From: Verrucomicrobiales bacterium
GTDB taxonomy: Bacteria > Verrucomicrobiota > Verrucomicrobiia > Verrucomicrobiales > SLCJ01
DNA: 64,000 bases
Assembly: GCA_046075565.1 (NCBI GenBank)
Contig: JBJTQJ010000124.1
Span: 1-64,000, forward strand
Reading direction: 5' to 3'
Part shown: positions 1 to 9,040 of the stretch, in pieces
Numbering within the stretch: position 1 is the first letter of the stretch
Layout: each line of letters starts with the position of its first letter
Made by a program: the position numbers and the translations under genes
The notes under the pieces: generated by a model
What the model was told of the DNA's origin: nothing
Seen by the model: only the letters and a program-made list of their open reading frames with translations
Databases searched by the model: none

Positions 1-2291
1 ATACGGAGCACACCTCCGGCACCGAGACGGTGGATCACGGAACCACCATCGCCGGGAACGGCGACCCGGCAGAACAAGGTCGCATGTTTGCCCACAGGGG
101 TGTCGGCATTCGCTTTCACATTCACCACGGCCGCATCTTGACCGGCGGTAATCTTGACCGGGCTCGCTTCGATCCCGGGAGGCAATCCGACCAGTTGCAG
201 TTCGGCTTCTCCATTGAATGGCCTGACGTGCTCAAGCGCGACTTGGAGCGATCCACTGGTCCCGGTGGAAACCGCTAACATCTCGATGTTCCCCCGGACA
301 GCGGGTTCTTCCACCACGAGGGGAAAGAATCCGCTCGCGGCGGTGGTGCCTGCTCCCCAGTGGGCGGTGACGACAAGTTGGTGTTGGCCGATCGCGGCGG
401 CGGGTTCCGCATCGAGCGGGTAGATCACTTCCGTCGCGCCTTCGGGTAAATTCACTGACGGCGGAGCCGACACGCCGGTCGGTTTCCATGGAAGCCGCAG
501 TTCGACGGCTTGTTTGAAGTCGCCCGCGCGTTCCACCTTCACCCGCACTTCGGCCAATCCTCCTTGGGCGAGCGGCGTGGCCATGACGGCAGATACTTTG
601 ATGGGCAAGGCGGGCGCGACAGCCACCGGAAGTCGGTCTTCTGCCACTTGGAAAATGGCTTCGTTGTTCCCGTAGGTCACGAGATTGGCGAGCAATCCGT
701 GCCGGCCCTCGAGGCTGTTGTCGGTTTTGCGCGCGATCATCTCCGCGAAGCTTCCTCCTTCCGGCGCGTCGGGAGCGGCTTCGAAAAGCACGAGAGATTG
801 CCCGACACCATTCGGAACGACGTGGGAGAGCAAACGCACGCCGGGAGGAGCGCCGCGCAACTCGAGATTCACATCACCGCCGGTCCCGCGTCGTGCGACG
901 TTAAAAACCATCGCGGCTCGGTTGCCTTGGGCCACGGTGACGGTTTGTCCGGCTTGCGAGTTGTTGATCTCCGGACTGGGCAGACTCAGGGCCATTGCCG
1001 GAACAGGCGCGCGCGCCTCAATGCGGTAAACGAAGGCCGGGCCACCAGCTCCAAGGGAATCACGAACTTTGATCACATGGGTGCCGTCCACCTCGGCGGT
1101 GAATGTGTGTTTCGGATCCGGCTTCGCCTCGTTGTCGTCATTGCCGCCGCGGTGTTTCCCATCGGGTGCGAAAACATCAATCGCCAGATCCACCGCCGAG
1201 CCCAGTCGACGGCCCCAGCCTTCCAATTCAACGGTTTCTCCTTTTTTCAGTGGCAACGCGAAAAAGTCCTCGTCGCCGGTGGATGCGAGAATGCCATGGA
1301 ACGCGACCGGCGTCCCGGCGGCTCCGCCCGTGGGTTGTTCGCGGTTGTTGTTCGGTTCGGATTCGAGCGCCACCGCCATGGGATCAAGACGGACGGGAAG
1401 GGATGCGGGAGCGGCCACACCATCCTCGCCACTGAAATTGATGCGGGACGTGCCGGAAGTGGCGGGCCAGGTGATGGTGCGTTTTTCCGCGCTCCCATCG
1501 TTAAAAAGAAAGGTGACTTCCGAAGCCGTGCCCGGATTGCCTCCGCAGGGATGAATGGCGATCGGTTGTTTCCAATGGCCGGCCCGCACACGGTAACGGG
1601 CACCATCCGCGCCTTCGTAGGCGGCTTCCCGTGCGGTCAGGAAATATTTCCCGTCGGCGGGAACGGTCACGCTGATCATCGGGTCCTGACCTAACAATGG
1701 AGTGTCATCCGAAGCGGCGAGCACGAAGCGTTTTTCGTCGGCGAGGGAAAGATGCAGATCGAGCAAACCCCGTCCGAGACGCACGGACTCGGCCACGGCG
1801 GTGAACCGCTGGCCTGCCTTGAGGTGGACTGTGAAAACATCCACATCCTCGGCCTTCATCTCGCCTTCGACGCAGGCGGGGAGGGCGAGATCGCGCGCGG
1901 CGGCCGGCTCGTTGTTCGGTTCGGTTTCTTCGACACGTGGTTCGGCGGCGACAGATAACAAACGCAAGTAGCTCCAGCCGGTGGCGGTGCGCAGACGAAT
2001 GCGATGGGCTCCGGTCGGGCAATCGGGGGCGACGGTCACGGGGATTTTCACCTGATCGTCCTTGATGATTTTCGGTTCGCCGAAGGCGAGGCCGGGGCCA
2101 TCATGGGAAACGAGCGCTCGGGTATCGCCGAGGCGTTCACCGGTGATGGTCAACTCCACGGATTCCCCGCGGGTCAGGCCCGCGGGAAGGATACCCTGCA
2201 CGACCGGTGCGTCGGCCAACGCGCAGGCACCTCCGATCCAAACAAGCAGGGCGGCTAGCGCCCGTGGTGAATTGGGTGAGCGGCTCGGCAT
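1..2291 (-). CDS. Secreted PPC (pre-peptidase C-terminal)/Ig-like domain protein of DUF1501 operons; runs off the left edge
   Basis: Manual translation from ATG 2291, 1 nt after the DUF1501 stop: MPSRSPNSPRALAALLVWIGGACALADAPVVQGILPAGLTRGESVELTITGERL...EETEPNN. Signal peptide and E-x-E-P-N motif. Absent from the ORF track, consistent with no stop inside the window. Confidence 0.75.
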   Translation of the reverse strand, partial: MPSRSPNSPRALAALLVWIGGACALADAPVVQGILPAGLTRGESVELTITGERLGDTRALVSHDGPGLAFGEPKIIKDDQVKIPVTVAPDCPTGAHRIRLRTATGWSYLRLLSVAAEPRVEETEPNNEPAAARDLALPACVEGEMKAEDVDVFTVHLKAGQRFTAVAESVRLGRGLLDLHLSLADEKRFVLAASDDTPLLGQDPMISVTVPADGKYFLTAREAAYEGADGARYRVRAGHWKQPIAIHPCGGNPGTASEVTFLFNDGSAEKRTITWPATSGTSRINFSGEDGVAAPASLPVRLDPMAVALESEPNNNREQPTGGAAGTPVAFHGILASTGDEDFFALPLKKGETVELEGWGRRLGSAVDLAIDVFAPDGKHRGGNDDNEAKPDPKHTFTAEVDGTHVIKVRDSLGAGGPAFVYRIEARAPVPAMALSLPSPEINNSQAGQTVTVAQGNRAAMVFNVARRGTGGDVNLELRGAPPGVRLLSHVVPNGVGQSLVLFEAAPDAPEGGSFAEMIARKTDNSLEGRHGLLANLVTYGNNEAIFQVAEDRLPVAVAPALPIKVSAVMATPLAQGGLAEVRVKVERAGDFKQAVELRLPWKPTGVSAPPSVNLPEGATEVIYPLDAEPAAAIGQHQLVVTAHWGAGTTAASGFFPLVVEEPAVRGNIEMLAVSTGTSGSLQVALEHVRPFNGEAELQLVGLPPGIEASPVKITAGQDAAVVNVKANADTPVGKHATLFCRVAVPGDGGSVIHRLGAGGVLR

Positions 2292-2292
2292 T

Positions 2293-3609
2293 TCAGGCGA
2301 GGATGGATTCGAGGATCTTTCCGTCCTTGACCAGACTGACCGGACGTTCCCCCGGGGCCATGATCCGTTTTTCCGGATCGATGCCGATGAGTTTGTAAAC
2401 GGTGGCAGCGAAATCCTCCACGGTGACGGGGTTGTCCTCCGGTTCGCCACCGATGGAATCAGAAGCGCCGTGGACGACACCTGCCTTGATGCCGCCTCCG
2501 GCCATCATGATCGAGAAAACCCGCGGCCAGTGATCCCGGCCGGCTTGCGGGTTGATCTTCGGTGTGCGTCCGAATTCGGTGGTCAGCAGGACCAGCGTAC
2601 GATCGAGCATACCGCGTTCCTTGAGGTCATCGAGCAAGGCGGCGACCCCCTGATCCACCGCTCCGATTTGGTTTTCGATGCCCGATTTGATATTGCCGTG
2701 ATGGTCCCACGATCCATAAGTGAGCGAGACGAAACGCACGCCCGCTTCGACGAGCCGCCGCGCCATGAGCATGCGCATGCCCGCTTGGTTCCGGCCATAT
2801 CGATCCTTGAGGGCGTCCGTTTCGGCCTTCAAATTGAAGGCTTCGCGTGCTTGTTGCGAGCTGATGAGTTTGTAGGCGTGTTCGTAGAACGCATCCATCG
2901 AGTCGAGAGCGTCGGATTTTTCCAAGGTTCGGAAATGCGCGTCCACGGCGGCGAGCATATCGCGGCGTCGTTGGAAGCGGGCCTCATCGACTCCCTCCGG
3001 CAAGGCGAGGTCGCGCACGGAGAAGTTTCCCTGCGCCGGATCCGCACCCAAGCCGAATGGACCATAGGCACCCGAGAGGAAGCCACTGCCCGCGAATTCA
3101 TTCGCGACATTCGGGACGCACACGTAGGGAGGCAGGTTGTTTCTCATGCCAAGCTCATGGGAGATGACACTGCCCATACTCGGGTATTGCAGGGCCGGGC
3201 TTGGCCGGTAACCCGTGAACATGTTATGCGTGCCGCGTTCGTGGGCGGCCTCTCCATGGGTCATCGAGCGGATGACCGTGAACCGGTCGGCCATGGCCGC
3301 GAGCTTCGGGAGTTTTTCCGAAAAGTGGATACCCGGCAGTTTGGTCTGAATCGAACCGAAGGGCCCGCGGTAATCACCGGGCGCGTAGGGCTTCGGATCG
3401 AACGACTCCTGCGCCGACAACCCCCCGGGCAGGAAAATGTTGATGATACTCTCGGCTTTGGCGGCGGAGCCCGGTGTCGCGGCCTGGAGTTGGAAAAACT
3501 GCGGCAGGGTCAGGCCGAGCCCGCCGGTAAGCCCGACATAGAAGAACTCGCGGCGGCTATGATACCGACGGCTGAGCGGGTTTCCGGGGCAGGAGTGGGT
3601 GGTTTTCAT
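2293..3609 (-). CDS. DUF1501 domain protein (Tat-like N-terminus)
   Basis: SRREFF Tat-like motif, IFLPGGLSAQESFDPKP, ARRLVEAGVRFV, WDHH, TEFGRTPKIN...GRDHW. Confidence 0.9.
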   Translation of the reverse strand: MKTTHSCPGNPLSRRYHSRREFFYVGLTGGLGLTLPQFFQLQAATPGSAAKAESIINIFLPGGLSAQESFDPKPYAPGDYRGPFGSIQTKLPGIHFSEKLPKLAAMADRFTVIRSMTHGEAAHERGTHNMFTGYRPSPALQYPSMGSVISHELGMRNNLPPYVCVPNVANEFAGSGFLSGAYGPFGLGADPAQGNFSVRDLALPEGVDEARFQRRRDMLAAVDAHFRTLEKSDALDSMDAFYEHAYKLISSQQAREAFNLKAETDALKDRYGRNQAGMRMLMARRLVEAGVRFVSLTYGSWDHHGNIKSGIENQIGAVDQGVAALLDDLKERGMLDRTLVLLTTEFGRTPKINPQAGRDHWPRVFSIMMAGGGIKAGVVHGASDSIGGEPEDNPVTVEDFAATVYKLIGIDPEKRIMAPGERPVSLVKDGKILESILA

Positions 3610-3707
3610 GGGTGAGGTGGTCGTGGATTGCCAGTTGTAACCGACAAAACGCCCGCCTGTCGAGACTTTCTGTCAGCAAATCAGGCGTCGGTCGCGCACA
3701 ATCCCGC

Positions 3708-3737
3708 TTGGCATCTCCCCGGCCCTCCCGCTATGCT
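3708..3737 (+). promoter_or_regulatory. Putative sigma-70 promoter (TTGGCA-N18-TATGCT), likely leaderless transcript
   Basis: The -10 hexamer ends 6 nt before GTG 3744. Confidence 0.45.
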
Positions 3738-3743
3738 CGGGAT

Positions 3744-5480
3744 GTGCCGAATCTCTTCCTCGCCGCCGGTGCCAATGCCGTCGAACCCGTCTTTGTCCTG
3801 CTGGGCCTTTTCCTCGCGGCGGCCGTGGTGGTTTCCCTCGTTTTCGCGCGCTTCCGCCAGTCCCTCGTGCTCGGGTATTTCCTTTGCGGAATCGTGCTCG
3901 GGAATAGCAAAATCATCGAACGCCTTCCGCTCGGCGATACCGCCCCGCTCATCGGCGTGCTCGCTGATGCCGGGGTGATCCTGCTCATGTTCACGTTGGG
4001 CATCGAATTCTCGATCAGCGAACTGAGAAAACTCCGTCGTCTCGCCGGGCTGGGCGGCGGAATACAAATGACGGCCACCTTCGCGCTCGCCACCGCCATC
4101 CTGCTTGGCTGGGTCGGTTTGGAATGGAGGACCGCTTCATTGCTCGCGTTCATGTTCGCGCTTTCCAGCACGGCTTTGGCCTTGAAGTTGTTCCAGGAAT
4201 CCGGGAATGCCACCGGACCGGGCGCGCGGCTGGCGTTGGGTATCGCTTTGTTCCAGGATGTGGCGGTCATTCTTTTCCTTCTCCTCATGCCGGTGTTCTA
4301 CGGGCGTGAGGGCGGCTCTATCGGTCCGGCCCTGGCCAACGCGCTCGGGCGCGGCGTGGTTTTCCTTTTTCTCGCCTGGTTGATCACCATCCATGTCGTG
4401 CCGCGTTTGTTGGGTTCGGTCGCCGCGACCCGCAGCCGCGAATTGTTCACGCTCACCGTCGTCGCGCTCTGTGCCGGCATCGCCTCCGCCGGATGGGGGC
4501 TCGGGCTCAGCCTCGCCCTCGGCGCCTTCGTGGCCGGGTTGGTGGTGAGCGAATCGGTTTACAGCCATCGCATTTTGGCCGATGTCCTCCCGTTCAAGGA
4601 CCTCTTTCTCGCGGTCTTCTTCATTTCCGTCGGTCTCGTCATCGACATCCATGTCTTCCTGGCCAGTTGGTGGAAATTCCTGCTCCTTGCGGCCGGTCTT
4701 TTTGTTGGCAAGGCGATCATCGCGTTTTTCGCCGGGCGCGCCACGGGGTATCCGGTGCGGGCCTGCGTGCAAGCGGCCCTCGCCCTCGGGAGTATCGGCG
4801 AATTTTCCCTCGTGCTGGTCAACAAAGCCATGGGCTACGGCCTCTTCGACGCCGGGACCCAGCAGTTCATCCTCATCCTCACCGCCCTGAGTATGGCCAT
4901 GGCGCCCGTGGCCATGCGCTGGTGTGGTCCCATTTCGCGTCGCCTCGAATCGCTGCCATGGTTCAAACACCATGTGCGGGCGGAAAAAGGAGGCCACGGC
5001 GGCATCGGGCAGTTGGAGAACCACGCCATCATCTGCGGTTATGGTCCGGTCGGGCGGCGGCTCGACGAAGCCCTCCGCCGCGCGGGGGTGGATACCGTGG
5101 TGGTGGAACTGAATGTGGAAACGGTCAAGGAATTGAAAGCCGCCGGGCGACCGGTGCTCTTCGCCGATGCCGCGCAATCGGAAACCCTGCCGCTCTCCGG
5201 CATCGAAAAAGCCGCCGTGCTCGCCGTCACCTTTCCCCACTACGAGGCGGCCCGTTCGATCATCGCCCATGCCCGCAGCCTGCGCGCCGACTTGCCCATC
5301 TTCTGCCGGGTGAAATTCGACCGCGAGGTCGAAGGAATGCGCGAAGCCGGTGTCGAATGTATCATCCAGGACGAGGTCGAAAGCGCCGTCGGCATCGTGC
5401 GGCGCGCCCTCACCCACTTCGAGGCCACCGAGGAAACCATTCGCGGCGAGGAGGAAATGATCCGTTACCGTGGGACATGA
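3744..5480 (+). CDS. CPA2 cation:proton antiporter with C-terminal TrkA-N/KTN domain (Kef-type)
   Basis: Many TM helices, LFQD motif, ALGAFVAG, HAIICGYGPVG Rossmann motif. GTG start at 3744 chosen from the upstream promoter. Confidence 0.9.
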   Translation: MPNLFLAAGANAVEPVFVLLGLFLAAAVVVSLVFARFRQSLVLGYFLCGIVLGNSKIIERLPLGDTAPLIGVLADAGVILLMFTLGIEFSISELRKLRRLAGLGGGIQMTATFALATAILLGWVGLEWRTASLLAFMFALSSTALALKLFQESGNATGPGARLALGIALFQDVAVILFLLLMPVFYGREGGSIGPALANALGRGVVFLFLAWLITIHVVPRLLGSVAATRSRELFTLTVVALCAGIASAGWGLGLSLALGAFVAGLVVSESVYSHRILADVLPFKDLFLAVFFISVGLVIDIHVFLASWWKFLLLAAGLFVGKAIIAFFAGRATGYPVRACVQAALALGSIGEFSLVLVNKAMGYGLFDAGTQQFILILTALSMAMAPVAMRWCGPISRRLESLPWFKHHVRAEKGGHGGIGQLENHAIICGYGPVGRRLDEALRRAGVDTVVVELNVETVKELKAAGRPVLFADAAQSETLPLSGIEKAAVLAVTFPHYEAARSIIAHARSLRADLPIFCRVKFDREVEGMREAGVECIIQDEVESAVGIVRRALTHFEATEETIRGEEEMIRYRGT

Positions 5481-5511
5481 AAAAACCGGCCGGAGTTTCC
5501 CCCGGCCGGTT
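5480..5511 (-). terminator. Intrinsic terminator between the convergent antiporter and amt genes
   Basis: AACCGGCCGG...CCGGCCGGTT stem with an A-tract (U-tract on the minus strand). Confidence 0.75.
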
Positions 5512-5544
5512 GCTGAACTCGAAAGGTGAAAGGGAACAAACGGC

Positions 5545-7011
5545 TTAGTGCTCGTAGCCTTGTTCGCCGTGTTCGGCGAGGTCGAGACCGGCTTCTTCCA
5601 CTTCGGGAGTCGGACGCAAGCCCATGACCGCCTTGAGGATGTAGGCGATGACTGCGGTGGCCACCACACTCCAGACGATGGTGAGTCCGACCGCCTTGAG
5701 TTGGTTCATCAAAAGCCCGTCCTTGAGGCCCTCGACGACCGAGTTGGCTTTCGGGTCGGCGAAGACGCCGGTAAGGATGGCTCCGAGGGTTCCACCAACC
5801 CCATGGATTCCGAAGGTATCGAGCGCGTCATCGTAGCCGAGAATTTTCTTGAGATACGCGACCGCGAAGAAGGGGATAATGCCAGCCAAGATGCCGATGA
5901 TGACAGCCGAGTTGGCGGTGACAAAACCACAGGCCGGGGTGATGACCACGAGACCCGCGACGATGCCGGAGCAGAAGCCCAAGACGCTGGGTTTGCCGCG
6001 GAGGAGCCATTCCATTACGGCCCAGACGAAGCCGGCGGTTGCGGCGGCCAGTGTGGTGGTGGTGAAGGCATTGGCGGCAATCCCATCGGCCCCGAGAGCG
6101 GAGCCGGCATTGAATCCATACCAACCCACCCAGAGCATACCCGTGCCCACCATACAAAGCACCATGTTATGCGGGGGCATCGGCTCTTTGCCGAAACCAC
6201 GGCGAGGACCGAGAATCATACAAAGAACGAGCGCGCTCCAGCCCGAGGTCATGTGGACCACGGTTCCGCCAGCGAAATCAAGGGCAGGAATGGCCGCATC
6301 TTTGTTGAGAGGACCGCACATCAATCCGGTTCCACTCCACACCATGTGGGCGAAGGGGAAATAAACGGCGAGCATCCAAAGCGTCACGAAAGCGAGGACC
6401 GCCGCGAATTTCATACGTTCGGCGATGGCCCCGATGATCAGGGCGGGGGTAATGATGGCGAAGGTGAGCTGGAACATGGCCCACATGCTGTCGGAGATCC
6501 AGTGGTAGCCGGCACCGACGGCGTAAGGATCGAGACCTTGGAAAAACTTGTAGGTCATGTCACCGATGTAGGCATTGCCGGCTCCGAAGCTCAGGCTATA
6601 TCCGCAAATCCACCAGAGAATGGTCACCAATCCCGCGATTCCCATGCACTGGGCAAGCACGGACAATACGTTCTTCTTCCGGACCAGACCGCCATAGAAC
6701 AAAGCGAGGCCGGGTAAGGTCATGAAAAGCACCAGGGCCGTGCTGGTCATCTGCCATGCACTGTGGCCGGGGCCGGGACCCTTGATCATCGAGGTGCCGG
6801 GTTCGGTGACACGGGCGCCGTTGTTGACATACGCCTCCAGATCCGCAAGACGCTGCTCGACGCTGGGAGCAGGGGCCGGAGCCTCGGCTGCTGGCTCGGC
6901 CGGGGCTTCGGTGGCGGCCGGGGGGGGGGCCTCCTGGGCATTCGCCGGGCAAATTCCCCCCGCGAGTAGCGCGAGGGCCAAGGATAAGACGGGTATCAAT
7001 CGGTTCTTCAT
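5545..7011 (-). CDS. amtB: Ammonium transporter (Amt family), copy 1
   Basis: FMTLPGLALFYGG, DFAGGTVVH, GWYGFNAGS, DDALDTFGIHG (twin His intact); signal peptide plus Pro/Ala linker. Confidence 0.97.
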   Translation of the reverse strand: MKNRLIPVLSLALALLAGGICPANAQEAPPPAATEAPAEPAAEAPAPAPSVEQRLADLEAYVNNGARVTEPGTSMIKGPGPGHSAWQMTSTALVLFMTLPGLALFYGGLVRKKNVLSVLAQCMGIAGLVTILWWICGYSLSFGAGNAYIGDMTYKFFQGLDPYAVGAGYHWISDSMWAMFQLTFAIITPALIIGAIAERMKFAAVLAFVTLWMLAVYFPFAHMVWSGTGLMCGPLNKDAAIPALDFAGGTVVHMTSGWSALVLCMILGPRRGFGKEPMPPHNMVLCMVGTGMLWVGWYGFNAGSALGADGIAANAFTTTTLAAATAGFVWAVMEWLLRGKPSVLGFCSGIVAGLVVITPACGFVTANSAVIIGILAGIIPFFAVAYLKKILGYDDALDTFGIHGVGGTLGAILTGVFADPKANSVVEGLKDGLLMNQLKAVGLTIVWSVVATAVIAYILKAVMGLRPTPEVEEAGLDLAEHGEQGYEH

Positions 7012-7099
7012 GGATGGGATGGATTCGGGGATGGATGGAGTGCGCACGATGCATGCTTTCGCAGGGTGCGAATGGGCATCAGCGTAAGTTCTAGAAGAC

Positions 7100-7114
7100 G
7101 CAAGTTCCGTGCCA
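7100..7114 (-). promoter_or_regulatory. Sigma-54 -24/-12 promoter for amt copy 1
   Basis: Minus strand reads TGGCAC-GGAAC-TTGC, an exact consensus match. Confidence 0.85.
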
Positions 7115-7163
7115 CAATCTAAAAATTTTGAGATTCGGCCCGCCTGCCCGGGTCTTCGGGCAC

Positions 7164-7195
7164 AAAAAACCGGCCGGGGATTCCCCCGGCCGGTT
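7164..7195 (-). terminator. Intrinsic terminator of amt copy 2
   Basis: AACCGGCCGGGG-ATTC-CCCCGGCCGGTT stem followed by a U-tract on the minus strand. Confidence 0.8.
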
Positions 7196-7226
7196 GGTTT
7201 GAATCGGAATTTGCCTCGGATTCGCC

Positions 7227-8696
7227 TCAGCCAATTTCGTTGGCGTCGGTTCCGAAGTGATAGGCCGGGGAGCCATGTTCCTCCAGGTCGAGGCCCTTGC
7301 GCTCTTCTTCCTCGCTCACCCGCACACCGAGTGTCAGTTTGAGAATGAAGAACAGGATGAAGGAGAAGGCGAAGGCGAAACCGGCCACCGAGAGAGCGCC
7401 CATCAACTGGGTGCCCACGGTGAATTCACCCTGACCCCAGATGCCCACGGCAAGGGTTCCCCAGATTCCGCAAACCCCGTGCACGGAGACCGCACCCACC
7501 GGATCATCAATCTTCAGTTTGTCGAAGAAGAGGACCGAAACGACCACCAGCGCGCCGGCGATCAGGCCGACCAGAACGGCGGGCCAAACCTTGATGACAT
7601 CGGCCCCGGCGGTGATGCCCACTAGGCCGGCCAAGATACCGTTCAAGCTCATGGAAAGGTCGGGTTTCTTCAGGACGACCCAGGATGTGATCATCGCGGC
7701 GAGACCACCGGCGCAACCGGCCAGAGTCGTGGTCACGAAGACCCAGGAAACCGCGGCCGGATTAGCGCTCAGAACGGAACCGCCGTTGAAGCCGAACCAC
7801 CCGAGGAAGAGCAGGAACACACCGATGGTGGCGAGAGGCGTGCTGTGCGGAAGGATCGGCTTGATTTTCCCGCCGGGAAGAAACTTGCCTTTGCGAGCGC
7901 CGAGGATGATGATGGCGGCGAGGGCAGCGAAGCCGCCGAAGGCGTGCACCAGGGTGGAACCCGCGAAATCCTTGAAGCCTTTGTCGGCGAGCCAGCCCAT
8001 ACCCCATTGCCAGGAACCGGTGATCGGGTAGGCGAACATGACCAGAATGGTCGCGTAGATCATGAAGCTGGGCAGTTTCACGCGCTCGGCCACGGCACCG
8101 GAGACGATGGTGGCGGCGGTGGCCGCGAACATGGCCTGGAAGATGAAATCGGTGAACTTCGTGTAGCAGAAGGCCGTGCCGCCGTATCCGTAGGTCAAGT
8201 CCTTGCCTTCATAATGATCAATCGGGGACCCCATGGCGAAGAAATTGGAAATTGTCCAATTCTCCGCCGGATACATCGCGTTGAATCCCCAGAGCCCGTA
8301 GGTCAAGACGCCCATGCAGACGATGAACACGTTCTTGAAGAGAATGTTGTTTGTGTTCTTCGATTGGCAGAGACCGCTTTCCACGGTGGCGAAGCCAAGG
8401 TGCATGATGAAGACTAGGCCCGCGGCGATGAGCACCCAGAGGTTTGAAACGGTGAAAAAGGCCAGGGCATCGCCGTTTTCCGCCATCAAACCCTTGAGGG
8501 CGTCATCAGCTCCCACGGGAGCTTCCGCGGCTGGCGTTTCGGCAGCTGGCGTTTCCGCAGGTGTTGCTGGAGCTTCAGCGGCGGGTGGTGGAGCGGTCTC
8601 TTGCGCCAGGACTGGCGTGCTGAGCCCGCTGAAGGCGAGGGCGAGGGCCGCGGGCAGGCACCGCAGCCATGATTTGATTCCGTTGGATGTTCTCAT
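7227..8696 (-). CDS. amt: Ammonium transporter (Amt family), copy 2 (divergent clade)
   Basis: FIMHLGFATVESG, FQAMFAATAATIVSGAVAER, DFAGSTLVH, IDDPVGAVSVHG. Start is ATG 8696 or 8732, downstream of the sigma-54 site. Confidence 0.96.
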   Translation of the reverse strand: MRTSNGIKSWLRCLPAALALAFSGLSTPVLAQETAPPPAAEAPATPAETPAAETPAAEAPVGADDALKGLMAENGDALAFFTVSNLWVLIAAGLVFIMHLGFATVESGLCQSKNTNNILFKNVFIVCMGVLTYGLWGFNAMYPAENWTISNFFAMGSPIDHYEGKDLTYGYGGTAFCYTKFTDFIFQAMFAATAATIVSGAVAERVKLPSFMIYATILVMFAYPITGSWQWGMGWLADKGFKDFAGSTLVHAFGGFAALAAIIILGARKGKFLPGGKIKPILPHSTPLATIGVFLLFLGWFGFNGGSVLSANPAAVSWVFVTTTLAGCAGGLAAMITSWVVLKKPDLSMSLNGILAGLVGITAGADVIKVWPAVLVGLIAGALVVVSVLFFDKLKIDDPVGAVSVHGVCGIWGTLAVGIWGQGEFTVGTQLMGALSVAGFAFAFSFILFFILKLTLGVRVSEEEERKGLDLEEHGSPAYHFGTDANEIG

Positions 8697-8786
8697 CGTG
8701 TGTCGGCAGTTATTGGGATGTCCGTTCTCCATCGGGGCTCGCTCCTTCGGGGAGAGAGCATGGAGTTCGGGTTGTTGGCTGTCATA

Positions 8787-8801
8787 GCAGCACCCGTGCC
8801 A
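8787..8801 (-). promoter_or_regulatory. Sigma-54 promoter for amt copy 2
   Basis: Minus strand TGGCAC-GGGTG-CTGC(T). Confidence 0.75.
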
Positions 8802-8858
8802 ACTCCGGAATGCCCCGGAAATTCGTTTCCCCAATTGTTTATAACTTGTCAATTACTT

Positions 8859-8965
8859 AAAAAGCAAAAATGAAGCGACCGGCCGGGTTACCCCGACCGG
8901 CCGCCCCCATTTCCCGAAACACCCAATCGGTGTTGGAAACTCGACGAAACCGTAGTTTCTGACGG
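8859..8965 (-). ncRNA. Putative sigma-54-dependent small RNA (~105 nt)
   Basis: Own sigma-54 site at 8977-8991. Hairpins GAAAC-UACG-GUUUC and AACACC-GAUUG-GGUGUU, then a 13-bp GUAA-loop terminator and U-rich tail. No credible ORF. Confidence 0.55.
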
Positions 8966-8976
8966 AGTTTTGTAAA

Positions 8977-8991
8977 GCACTCCCCGTGCCA
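8977..8991 (-). promoter_or_regulatory. Third sigma-54 promoter
   Basis: Minus strand TGGCAC-GGGGA-GTGC(T) with correct GG-N10-GC spacing. Confidence 0.65.
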
Positions 8992-9040
8992 AGTTTCCGA
9001 TGAATTTTTTCCGGGAGAAAAACTTTCTCTCTCCCCCGCT

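Noticed and set aside
510-3615. Long plus-strand ORFs (510-1694, 2062-3615) and similar long ORFs at 4137-5669, 18054-19886, 20467-22248, 28714-29943 and 40770-41840
   Set aside because: Antisense shadows of well-supported genes in high-GC DNA
6920-6929. G10 homopolymer in amt copy 1 as a phase-variation tract
   Set aside because: It encodes a Pro run in a low-complexity linker, the frame is intact, and no variation can be seen from one sequence
8821-8870. AT-rich tract near xerC as a dif site
   Set aside because: No match to the XerC/XerD dif consensus; more likely a terminator tail or bendable DNA upstream of a sigma-54 promoter
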